Source: Bacteroidota bacterium (GTDB lineage: Bacteria; Bacteroidota; Bacteroidia; Chitinophagales; Chitinophagaceae). Taken from it: a DNA stretch of 64,000 nucleotides. Within the stretch, counting starts at the first letter, position 1, and every line of letters begins with the position of its first letter. Below, one piece after another: positions 19,152 through 28,254 of the stretch. The translations under genes were made by a program, and so were the position numbers. Below the pieces are notes generated by a model. The model had not been told where the DNA came from, made no database searches, and saw nothing but the letters and a program-made list of their open reading frames with translations. The DNA lies in assembly GCA_023412975.1 (NCBI GenBank), contig JAEZRB010000152.1, positions 998 to 64,997 on the forward strand, in the 5' to 3' direction.

Positions 19152-21368
19152 CTAGTGATGCTTCACCTTCGTATCAGGATGTTGCGTTGTAAAATCAAGC
19201 TTCTTCAATTCAACGCGTACATACTCGGAATCCCCCTGCTTAATTTTAATGACACCTCCCGGTTTGACATTCCTGAAAACCTGCAGCTCTGAACTTCCGG
19301 GCCATTTAATTTCTATTGACTCGATCATATCGGCCTGGCCAATCCCGATATGTTGCTGTAACGGATTGGCACCAAAACTACTGCCTGAATTAACCTCGCG
19401 ATAAACTGATCGGCTTATGCCATTCTCTTCGAAGCTAACTTTTATCCTGGCACCAATCGCTGCCCTGTTGCAGGTGGTGCCTTCAAGCCTGACGCCAATA
19501 AAGCGGTTGCCATTTTGTCCCGGATTTAAATACAAAGAATTCTGATATGCGTCGCCGGTATAAGCGCCGCCCATGTCAATATGAATATCCTGGTCGCCGT
19601 CATTGTCGATGTCGGCAAAAGAAACACCATGCCCTTTCTGCAGGTTGCCCACCCTTGCGGCCTGTGTGATATCTACAAAACGTTGACCGCCGATGTTCTT
19701 AAACATTTTATTCGGCACTACTGAACGGTATTGGGGATTTCCAGTACCCAGATAGAAGTCGAGCCAGCCATCATTGTCAATATCACCAAAGTTAGAACCC
19801 ATGGCAAACGCAACCTTGTTCAAACCCATCCTATCTGTTACGTCTTCAAATGTTCCATCCTGCTGGTTTCGGAATAAAAAAACATTGCCTAGATTTTGAA
19901 CCGGGAGTCCAAGCGCTTCACTTGCGGCATATTGGGCCAGCGAGCCGCCATAGTCATACCCTGAGACAAGTATATCCAGCCAGCCATCGTTGTCATAGTC
20001 CCAGAACCAGGTTGGAAAGCTTCGGACGGTATTCACATATAGTCCCGACTCCAGGGTTACATCGCGAAATCGAATGGCTTTATCATTACCCTCATTCTTT
20101 AATAAATATTTACGGCCGTCCACGGTTGAAACGAATAAGTCGGGCCACCCGTCATTATTGTAATCTCCGGAGGTTACTCCTTTTGCCCAAACCGTGATAT
20201 CACACCCAGCCTCTTTAGCTAAATCGGTGAAAGTTCCATCGCCATTATTAATGTACAGTTCGCAGGGATGACTCTCCCCCTCCGTGGTTTCATTTCCAAT
20301 AAATACATCCAGCCACCCGTCATTATTGAAATCATTCCAGGTTGCCGTTTGTGTAGGGTGAAAAGATAGCAGTCCACTTTGATGGGTGACATCAGTGAAT
20401 GTACCATCACCATTATTCTTCAACAACGAATTCGGTTCTCTCCCGAATTTTTTCTTCCATCCACCACGCAGTACAAAAATATCTTTGTTTCCATCGTTGT
20501 TATAATCGGTTTGAACAATATGTAATCCACCTACAAGGTCCTTCAAGCCCGAAGATGCTGAGATATCTGAGAAAGAACCATTAGCATTATTCTGATTATA
20601 GTGCATACCTTCCTGCAACCCCCAGCCACTGGTGATCACATCGAGATAGTCATCATTATTGAAATCTTCGACGATGCTTCCGCCCGCCATATTATTGGTA
20701 TTAAGCCCCACGATCGCGGCAACATCTACAAATGGTTTAACTGCATGTGAGCTGTCATCGTCCAATCCTTTTAGAAGGAATATGGGCGGCACCTGGTCGG
20801 GATATCCCCCAATGGTCATATAGGCCACATTGAGCAGCCATCTTGATTCCAGGTCATCAGGTCTATCTTGTAAAACACGTTCATATATCTCAATGGCCTT
20901 TTGTGATCCGGATTTATCCTTATGAATACCTGCGCCGGCAATTGGGAAAATACAGGATTCGCCGGAGTGGTTGATGATACAGTTGACCCGTTCGCCCAAT
21001 CTCAGGTAAGCAATGGCAAGTTGCCGGAGCAGCGCATCCATACTTGCTTTGTCATTAGACGGGACTTTGGATATTAATCGCTCAAAACCCTCAATCGCGA
21101 GTTGTTCCTCACCTTTCTCAAGCAGTGTATTAGCCTTGAAAAATTCTGCGTTGATAGAGTCAATAAATGGTGGCGAAGATCTTAGTACCGAGTCGTAATA
21201 TCGAAGCTTTGCGACTTCGCTGAATGGATTTGAGGGGTCAGTATGCTTCTCGGCTACGGACGCCAGCAGCCTTATCATTTCCGTATTTGATCCCGTACCG
21301 CTACGGCAGGAAAACAGTAACGTCGTAATTGTTAACCATCCATAAATCCTGAAGAAGTATCTAAACAT
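19152..21368 (-). CDS. CRTAC1-family lipoprotein (TPR-like + FG-GAP + ASPIC/UnbV)
   Basis: Lipobox FSC; many D-x-N/D-N-D-G-x-x-D repeats; NRAAIGARI, HIGIG. Confidence 0.88.
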   Translation of the reverse strand: MFRYFFRIYGWLTITTLLFSCRSGTGSNTEMIRLLASVAEKHTDPSNPFSEVAKLRYYDSVLRSSPPFIDSINAEFFKANTLLEKGEEQLAIEGFERLISKVPSNDKASMDALLRQLAIAYLRLGERVNCIINHSGESCIFPIAGAGIHKDKSGSQKAIEIYERVLQDRPDDLESRWLLNVAYMTIGGYPDQVPPIFLLKGLDDDSSHAVKPFVDVAAIVGLNTNNMAGGSIVEDFNNDDYLDVITSGWGLQEGMHYNQNNANGSFSDISASSGLKDLVGGLHIVQTDYNNDGNKDIFVLRGGWKKKFGREPNSLLKNNGDGTFTDVTHQSGLLSFHPTQTATWNDFNNDGWLDVFIGNETTEGESHPCELYINNGDGTFTDLAKEAGCDITVWAKGVTSGDYNNDGWPDLFVSTVDGRKYLLKNEGNDKAIRFRDVTLESGLYVNTVRSFPTWFWDYDNDGWLDILVSGYDYGGSLAQYAASEALGLPVQNLGNVFLFRNQQDGTFEDVTDRMGLNKVAFAMGSNFGDIDNDGWLDFYLGTGNPQYRSVVPNKMFKNIGGQRFVDITQAARVGNLQKGHGVSFADIDNDGDQDIHIDMGGAYTGDAYQNSLYLNPGQNGNRFIGVRLEGTTCNRAAIGARIKVSFEENGISRSVYREVNSGSSFGANPLQQHIGIGQADMIESIEIKWPGSSELQVFRNVKPGGVIKIKQGDSEYVRVELKKLDFTTQHPDTKVKHH

Positions 21369-21430
21369 TATTTAAGTTTTCAACCCATCAGCAAACCCTG
21401 CAGTTATAGACAGGGTTTTTCGGGTTATAT

Positions 21431-23611
21431 CTACAGCCGAACCACTAACGTACCAATAAAATTCCGTCCTTCCGAAGGCCATACTCCTGGTCCTGGATAA
21501 AACTGCGGACGTTTTGTAAAATACTGCTTATCTAAAACATTGTTCAAATTAAACCTAAGTTCCAGGTTTTGGCTAAACCGGAATGTCGTATTAATATCAA
21601 GTAAACCATATGAAGGTACAAGACCTACAGCACCAGTCGACTTCAACGGCTCTACTGTATTAAGCGCGTCAGCATAAGAACGGGCGGTGTAGCTATAAAG
21701 GGTCGAAAAGCTGAATTTTCTATACCTTATTGCGATACCATTCCTGGTGATGAGATTAGGTGCGCTTTCTACCTTGTTCCCATCAATATCGATATTAGAA
21801 TTGCCTGATTTTACAGTGCCCTTTGTATAACGCGCATCGAGTAAAGCCGTCGAAGTGAAAACGGTTAAACCCGTCCGATTTCCCAATAACCAGTCGGCCT
21901 GTATAAAGATCTCTGCTCCTTTGGATAGCGAGTTACCAATATTTGTACGATAAGTATAAAACGTTCCTGTATTGTCTGTCTCGGCCAGGGTACCAAAACG
22001 GTTATGGTAACGAAGCAAAAATCCATTCACATCCCATCTTAAAAACCGCCAGCTTCCCCTGAAACCAAACTCCGCATTGTACCCGTCGGCGTCCTTTATA
22101 CCCGGATCAACTTTTTCATACAATGAACCCGGGATCAGATCCTTGAACAACATAGGATGGTAAGCCTGTGACCAACCGCCATACAACTCCGTGCTGGCGC
22201 CGGGTTTGTATGAAAAATTAACGCCCATCAACGGAAATTCATGTTTGATTTTCACGGGCAGTTCGCCATTTGGATAATAACTAATGGTACCCGACAGATC
22301 AGTTTTTCCCAACTCGATCCTGGCTCCGACACCAATTGAAAAATCTTTCAGCAACTCAAACTTATTTTCAGCGAATAAAGCAAGGTTATTAGTTTTCAAA
22401 TGAACATCCCTTCCCCAACCAGGTTCTACCAGTGAAAGATCATAATCATCTCCCGTGGTTCCTTTTCCCATTTGCCTGCGGTGAAGATCATTGTTCATGT
22501 ACTGGATGCCGCTTGTCAGGGTATGTGATCTGCTACCGGTGTAATAGTGATGTAAAAGACGAATCTCGCCGGTATAGCTGTGATAATTATCAATATCCAC
22601 CTGGCGGTTGTTAAACTGGCCGGTTAAGTGATTTATCGTATCCTTTACATTGGTAGGTTTGTCAAACATCACACTGTTCCTACTCCCCAGCACAGCCGAC
22701 AAAATAACCTGCAGTTGCGTTTTATCGCTGATAGACCAGTTGAGGTTGACAGAAGGAATATGGATATCGGGGCTATAAAAATTCCTGTTGCGTGTAGCCT
22801 GTCGGGGGTCTGCCTGGAACATACTATCGGTGAGTGCGCCGGGTAGTTTGTAGATGTATTTGGATCTCGCCCATTCAGCTCGAATCGACAAATTTGCAAA
22901 CGGCTCATATGTCAACATGATGGCCTGTGCGTTCGAATTGGAATGTTCAGCATCGCGATAACCGTCCCGTGATTTTTTGTACAGGTAAGCATAATATTTG
23001 ACCTTCCCCAGTTTTCCGCCAATTGCATTGTAACTGCTCAAAAGGTTATACGAACCCATGCTGCTGATATTCTCAAAACTGATTGGCCGGGTGCTGTCGG
23101 CCTGCCGGGTAATATAATTCACCATACCGCCAAACTGCGCACCGTATTGAAGTGAACCTGTACCTCGTACAATCTCAATGCGTGAAATACTTTCCAGTGG
23201 CATACTGAAATGACTCGCCGGGTAGCCGTACATATCCGAGTTGGTAATAATACCATCTTTCCTGATATTAAATTCCCATCCCCTGTGTGGGTCGAGTCCA
23301 CGGGTTGCGATGTTGACCTGGTTGCCTGCGCCATCCATGTCGTACACAAACACACCTGGTATTTTCGCAAATACCTGCCTGCCCGTTTTATTGGTAATAT
23401 CCGCCGGAATCTGGGCGAGGTCAATCATCTCCGTTTTCTTCCCGGAAAAAATAAAACTCCCCAGAACCGGGGCAAGCGGTCGAACCACATTCTGGTTGAG
23501 GTACGATATCACTACTACGCTATCGAGAGACCGCACTTTCATAATACTATCGGTCTGAGCTACTGCCACCTGGCTGAATATAAGTCCCAGTATACATACT
23601 ATTCTCTTCAT
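21431..23611 (-). CDS. TonB-dependent receptor (FecA-like, non-SusC)
   Basis: DSVVV TonB box, IEIVRGTGSLQYG plug motif, NNVLDKQY. Confidence 0.9.
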   Translation of the reverse strand: MKRIVCILGLIFSQVAVAQTDSIMKVRSLDSVVVISYLNQNVVRPLAPVLGSFIFSGKKTEMIDLAQIPADITNKTGRQVFAKIPGVFVYDMDGAGNQVNIATRGLDPHRGWEFNIRKDGIITNSDMYGYPASHFSMPLESISRIEIVRGTGSLQYGAQFGGMVNYITRQADSTRPISFENISSMGSYNLLSSYNAIGGKLGKVKYYAYLYKKSRDGYRDAEHSNSNAQAIMLTYEPFANLSIRAEWARSKYIYKLPGALTDSMFQADPRQATRNRNFYSPDIHIPSVNLNWSISDKTQLQVILSAVLGSRNSVMFDKPTNVKDTINHLTGQFNNRQVDIDNYHSYTGEIRLLHHYYTGSRSHTLTSGIQYMNNDLHRRQMGKGTTGDDYDLSLVEPGWGRDVHLKTNNLALFAENKFELLKDFSIGVGARIELGKTDLSGTISYYPNGELPVKIKHEFPLMGVNFSYKPGASTELYGGWSQAYHPMLFKDLIPGSLYEKVDPGIKDADGYNAEFGFRGSWRFLRWDVNGFLLRYHNRFGTLAETDNTGTFYTYRTNIGNSLSKGAEIFIQADWLLGNRTGLTVFTSTALLDARYTKGTVKSGNSNIDIDGNKVESAPNLITRNGIAIRYRKFSFSTLYSYTARSYADALNTVEPLKSTGAVGLVPSYGLLDINTTFRFSQNLELRFNLNNVLDKQYFTKRPQFYPGPGVWPSEGRNFIGTLVVRL

Positions 23612-23771
23612 GACGCTATTAATTGAACAAAATGCAAAATTGTTCAAAAGTATATTTGAAGGCTGGAATTCCGGTCACCTACTTTGGTTACCTGGCATGA
23701 CCATTATCGTTAATCTTATAAGATAGACGGCTGTCAAAGAATTAATTTTATAACCAGCTTACTTATGAAAA

Positions 23772-23901
23772 TTTAAAAAGAGGCGTCCGTAAGGAATTAC
23801 AACGCCGTGAATGCTTATATCTCAAAAATTTATTCTGTTAATGATTGATGTTTTTTTAAAAAGAGGCGTCAGTAAAGAATTACAACGCCGTGAATGCTTA
23901 T
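23772..23901 (-). repeat. Two 47-bp direct repeats, each a hairpin plus U tract
   Basis: 23772-23818 and 23855-23901; two mismatches. Confidence 0.9.
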
Positions 23902-23948
23902 TTAAATTTTAATCTGCTAAACATTTTGCGGTTGCCTTGTACTAACTT

Positions 23949-25043
23949 CTAAAAGCGAAAAGAAACGCCGGCATTTATGACGTAGTCAGCGAAAGCCGCA
24001 TCACCCTGTTGAAACGTGCCTGATTCTTTGCTTCTTTCTTTGTCTGTAACACTTTGTGTACGGTTACGGGCTATCGCTACAGGAACTGCAATAAACCAGT
24101 TTGCTTTTTTAGTCATCAGGCTTACAGCAGGTTCTACAGCAATGGCATAACCTGGTCTTCTAAAACCTTCACTGCCACCTACGAGGTCGTAAACAGGGAT
24201 CCCGTCCACTCGGGCGCCTGCCATAAATGAAAAATGTTTCACATTATAAGCGAATCCTGCTCTTGCCATATATTGATCGGCAACGCTGCAGATCGTTTCG
24301 TTATAAAGTGCCGGTGAAAGCGTTTCGCGGTAAGTCCTGGTGCCGTTGACTTCGCGAGGGTTCGACAAGTAAAACATATTGGCATACACGCTTAAGTTTG
24401 ACGCAACATTATAATATGCGTTCAGTTCAGCTGTAATCCCGGTTCCACCATCACCCAGTTGCATTGACTGATCTACTGTACGCAGTTCGCTGCTGCCGTT
24501 AGGGCCTACATTGTGCCAGTAGTCTTTATAATCATAGTCTCCTGTCGCGAATTTTATACCCATGCCCACCTGCACATTACCCTTGGCAGAGGTTAGAGGA
24601 TCAAATATCCAGTAGTAAGCACTGGCCCTAATATCACCCAGACCAAATGATTCTGTGCTCCGCCTATCTCTTTTTACGTAAGATCCATTCACAAGACCAT
24701 GCTCATACAAGGATGAGCGACGAGTGGCCAGTAAAGGCATGTTCAGGCTCAGCGACCACCGCTCGTTTAGTTTACGGACAATAGACAGATCCAGCGAATG
24801 AGAATAGTTGATTACCTCAGTCTTTTGTTCGAGCCTTTCCTTTTGCTCCTCTTTACCTTTAAAATGTCTGAAAGATCTGAAATACCTGTAGTTGGCATTG
24901 ACCTGCCATTTGCCAGATCCCGTATGTGCCTCCTGCAATAAACAGGAAGAACCGGTACTACGGATCGCCACGCATCCCTGCGCGTTGGATTCCGTTTGCA
25001 TATATAATATTAAACCGAATAGGATAATTAAACAACGTTTCAT
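23949..25043 (-). CDS. Putative outer-membrane beta-barrel transporter with N-terminal GCVAIR motif
   Basis: Signal peptide, GLGDI, QLGDGG, C-terminal GVSFRF. Confidence 0.7.
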   Translation of the reverse strand: MKRCLIILFGLILYMQTESNAQGCVAIRSTGSSCLLQEAHTGSGKWQVNANYRYFRSFRHFKGKEEQKERLEQKTEVINYSHSLDLSIVRKLNERWSLSLNMPLLATRRSSLYEHGLVNGSYVKRDRRSTESFGLGDIRASAYYWIFDPLTSAKGNVQVGMGIKFATGDYDYKDYWHNVGPNGSSELRTVDQSMQLGDGGTGITAELNAYYNVASNLSVYANMFYLSNPREVNGTRTYRETLSPALYNETICSVADQYMARAGFAYNVKHFSFMAGARVDGIPVYDLVGGSEGFRRPGYAIAVEPAVSLMTKKANWFIAVPVAIARNRTQSVTDKERSKESGTFQQGDAAFADYVINAGVSFRF

Positions 25044-25049
25044 AAGCAG

Positions 25050-26399
25050 TTATTTATTTGTTAGTAGATGCTGGTTTTTAAATTTTAATCTTTGTACTAT
25101 ATAGTCTCCCAGCTTTGCGCCGTAGAGATTACCAATTTCATTGTCGAATCGATAATGTATGCCGCCATACAATCTTGACATAGCCGCTTCGCGGGCTGCT
25201 TCACGAAAAGATTTGATATTGCGGCTTTCAATTCCAAACTCCAGCGAGGATGTGTCTTTAAAGGCAAGGTTATCACCAAACCAATTGGTCATTACCTCAG
25301 CCGCAGCAGCGGAGATAGTTGCGTGACCACTGGTATAAGAGGGGAAAGGTGGTGTTTGAATATAAGGTCGCCATTCTTCGCCCAGGTATTTATTGATAGC
25401 AGTTTCAGGACGAACATAATTGCTGCGGAATTTCTCATCCCAGCAGCTGATAAAAGCATCGAAAAGTGCGATTGATGTTTGTGCATAAGCCGCAACAGTT
25501 GTTTCAAAATCAGCCCTGGACTCCTTTGCCGCGATGCCAACGATATTCATCCAATGCCCTGAAGGCGAAAATTTTTTGGTAGCATACATCACATGTCCCT
25601 GTACATTCAGTTTAAAAGGATTATCGTCCCAAAAATCAGCGATATGCTTTTGTTCATCGGTGAGGCTGTCACCAACGTTTTTCACTTCCAGAAGTGACTT
25701 ATAATAAATACTGTTTTTGTCTTTTATATTGAAGGGTGGCGGTGCTGGTGGCCTGAACTGGGCGCATGAATCCATAACGATGCACCTGATGCTGTTCCAT
25801 TTGGGTTCTACAGCCTGGGCATACATCGGCGGTGTGGGGATCCAGCGGCCCTCTTCGTCCTTAACCGTATACTTTTCTGCACTACGGGTTTGGGCATAGT
25901 TATCGCCCTTACTCCATTTCAAAACCGTAGCAACGATGGTATCGGAGAAAGCAATTGTATTGTTTAATATCGTGGATGTCATACCGGCATCACGCGCCTG
26001 GCGCTTCAATTCATCATAGTAGCCCATCATACTTCCCTCGGGGAATGTAACGGCATTACCTACTTTACAGAATGAAAACAGGGCGGCCAGGGAAAAATCA
26101 ATCTCTTTAGCGGGATCTGGCTTGGGCATCGGCGGCAAGTGCCTGATCTGGCCCGAAAGACTGACAAAAGAATCGCTTCCTGCAACCATAGCTTCATATG
26201 CGGCGATATTAGCATAGGCGTAGTTGCGCGTAGCGATCATGGGAGGAAAATTATTCTCCAACACCACATCATTTAATTTCTTTACAGTCTTACTAAATAA
26301 CTGCGGGTCGTTGGTAAATTTCCTGTAATCACCCGCTTTTTCACTGCATGACGAAAAGAGTACGATGCCGGCAAAGGCTATACACGTGATAGTTCTCAT
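25050..26399 (-). CDS. Vanadium-dependent haloperoxidase / PAP2-superfamily lipoprotein
   Basis: K-x6-RP (KFRSNYVRP), PPFPSYTSGH, SR-x5-H-x3-D (SRLYGGIHYRFD); lipobox SSC. Confidence 0.88.
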   Translation of the reverse strand: MRTITCIAFAGIVLFSSCSEKAGDYRKFTNDPQLFSKTVKKLNDVVLENNFPPMIATRNYAYANIAAYEAMVAGSDSFVSLSGQIRHLPPMPKPDPAKEIDFSLAALFSFCKVGNAVTFPEGSMMGYYDELKRQARDAGMTSTILNNTIAFSDTIVATVLKWSKGDNYAQTRSAEKYTVKDEEGRWIPTPPMYAQAVEPKWNSIRCIVMDSCAQFRPPAPPPFNIKDKNSIYYKSLLEVKNVGDSLTDEQKHIADFWDDNPFKLNVQGHVMYATKKFSPSGHWMNIVGIAAKESRADFETTVAAYAQTSIALFDAFISCWDEKFRSNYVRPETAINKYLGEEWRPYIQTPPFPSYTSGHATISAAAAEVMTNWFGDNLAFKDTSSLEFGIESRNIKSFREAAREAAMSRLYGGIHYRFDNEIGNLYGAKLGDYIVQRLKFKNQHLLTNK

Positions 26400-26550
26400 T
26401 ACTTATAACATGTTTTTCCATTCCTGCATATGCAGTATGGATCTGGTAAACTAGTATGCTGGAACAGTTGTGCTGATCTCAGCAGCAATTAAAAAAAATG
26501 GATTGAAAAGACATGATAACCACTTCCCTAAAAATTATGGGAAGAATCAG

Positions 26551-27114
26551 TTAACTGAATGTAACAACCTCCGGAGGTTGTGAAGGAGTAGAAAGACATA
26601 CATTGGACAGCGAAGACGCGTTGTCGAGGAAGTACTTATTGATCAATTCTGTGTGAACATCGATACTAAAATCTGTTTCGCGTCCGTCGTATTCGCTCCA
26701 GAAGTTCTTAGCAAAATTGGTATTGGTTTGCTTTTTACCCGGTTGCTCTGGCGTAAGGCCATTAGCCATTTTGAAAAAATCATTGCTTGCGGCTTTGATC
26801 TTTTCCTTTGAATCGTTGGGTATGCACATCAACACCAGGTAGCCCTGCTCAACCTTACTTTTGACGTATGTATAAAGCCGTCCATTCACCTCGATTTCAC
26901 CATAGTGACGTTCGAACTCAGACTTTTCATTTTGGTAAGGCATGTTGAGGGCGACGCGTACTTCAACCAGTTCTGACTCCTGGTAATCATTATTGTCCAA
27001 CCGGGCCTCGAGCTGGCGGTCGGCGCCAATGGCCATAATGCTGGTAACTATCCGATAACCGTACCAGTTAAAGAACAGAATAGCAATTAGTAATATGGCA
27101 GCGAATTTCTTCAC
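26551..27114 (-). CDS. Hypothetical exported/membrane protein (Bacteroidota type, ends PSQPPE)
   Basis: N-terminal TM, GEIEVNGRLYTYVK, LMCIPND. Confidence 0.7.
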   Translation of the reverse strand: MKKFAAILLIAILFFNWYGYRIVTSIMAIGADRQLEARLDNNDYQESELVEVRVALNMPYQNEKSEFERHYGEIEVNGRLYTYVKSKVEQGYLVLMCIPNDSKEKIKAASNDFFKMANGLTPEQPGKKQTNTNFAKNFWSEYDGRETDFSIDVHTELINKYFLDNASSLSNVCLSTPSQPPEVVTFS

Positions 27115-27238
27115 CCGAAGTATGAAAGCTGTAATTTAAGACAAATTCCGGATTACGAACGCTGCAAAAACACTTTATTTCAAATTGGCTGATTTTAGCT
27201 TTATTTGCGGGTCAGCTTTGGAAAAAAGTACTACTCGT

Positions 27239-28171
27239 ATGAGAAAATGGTTGATCGGAACCCTTGCAGCCCTTCTATTATTGATCCTGGCGGGCAGTTA
27301 CATCTTCATCCCCGGCACTATCCGGATTTCCAGGTCGATTTCTTTCAATGCGAATTCCCATGGAGTATTCAGGTTTTTAAGCCAGCCCGGCCATTGGGAA
27401 CGCTGGTGGCCAGCTGAAAAGGCCAGTTCACAGTTGAGTTACAACGGTAAAACCTTCGTGGTTGCCGCGGTAGGTTTTAATATGTTTACTGTTGCTATTA
27501 ACAGGGGCCAGGTAACTGACACAGCATTGGTTCATATGGTTCCGATGGGCATTGACAGCCTGAAGATTGCATGGGATGCTACCCTCAACGCCGGCATCAA
27601 CCCTGTTAGCAGGTTCAGGCAGTATTTCAGGGCAAAAGAGCTTGCAGGGAATTTCGAAACTCTTTTGATTGCCATGAAAAAATATATGAGTATTGTTGAG
27701 AATATGTACGGTGCGGATATAAAGCGGGGTAAGATCAAAACGGAATACATGGTTCTGACAAAAGAACCTTTTGACCATCGCCCATCGGATACGGAAATTT
27801 ATATGAGTATCGATCGTATCCGAAAACATATCGCCAAAATAAAAGCCACCGAAGAGGATATTCCTTTTTTCAATAGTACGCGGGTCGACAGCTCCCGTTA
27901 TGAACTGGTTGTGGGAGTGCCCATAACAGAACCCGTAGCCGATTCAGGAATCTTCCTTAGTAAAAAATTATTGAAAGACGGGAATATGTTGACCGCGGAT
28001 ATTACGGGCGGACAGTTCTCAGTAGATCAGGCGGTAGAACAGTTTGAAACTTACGTGAGAGATTATCAATACCAGGTTGTCGCACTTCCTTTCCAGTCCT
28101 TTTTAACAGACAGGCTGAATACTGCAGATTCAAGTAAATGGGTGACCAGGATCGTATTCCCAATTCTATAG
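27239..28171 (+). CDS. SRPBCC + GyrI-like domain protein
   Basis: N-terminal TM, ISRSI...WERWWP, C-terminal SKWVTRIVFPI. Confidence 0.65.
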   Translation: MRKWLIGTLAALLLLILAGSYIFIPGTIRISRSISFNANSHGVFRFLSQPGHWERWWPAEKASSQLSYNGKTFVVAAVGFNMFTVAINRGQVTDTALVHMVPMGIDSLKIAWDATLNAGINPVSRFRQYFRAKELAGNFETLLIAMKKYMSIVENMYGADIKRGKIKTEYMVLTKEPFDHRPSDTEIYMSIDRIRKHIAKIKATEEDIPFFNSTRVDSSRYELVVGVPITEPVADSGIFLSKKLLKDGNMLTADITGGQFSVDQAVEQFETYVRDYQYQVVALPFQSFLTDRLNTADSSKWVTRIVFPIL

Positions 28172-28254
28172 AACTGGTCTTACACCAAACTAACTTACAT
28201 CGCAGCATGGACACGGAGGGCACGAGGAAGACACTATGGGCACGGAAGTGAAGT

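Noticed and set aside
23772..23901. Mini CRISPR array (47-bp repeats, 36-bp spacer)
   Set aside because: Only two copies, no cas genes, and the sequence after each copy is itself similar, which indicates tandem duplication.
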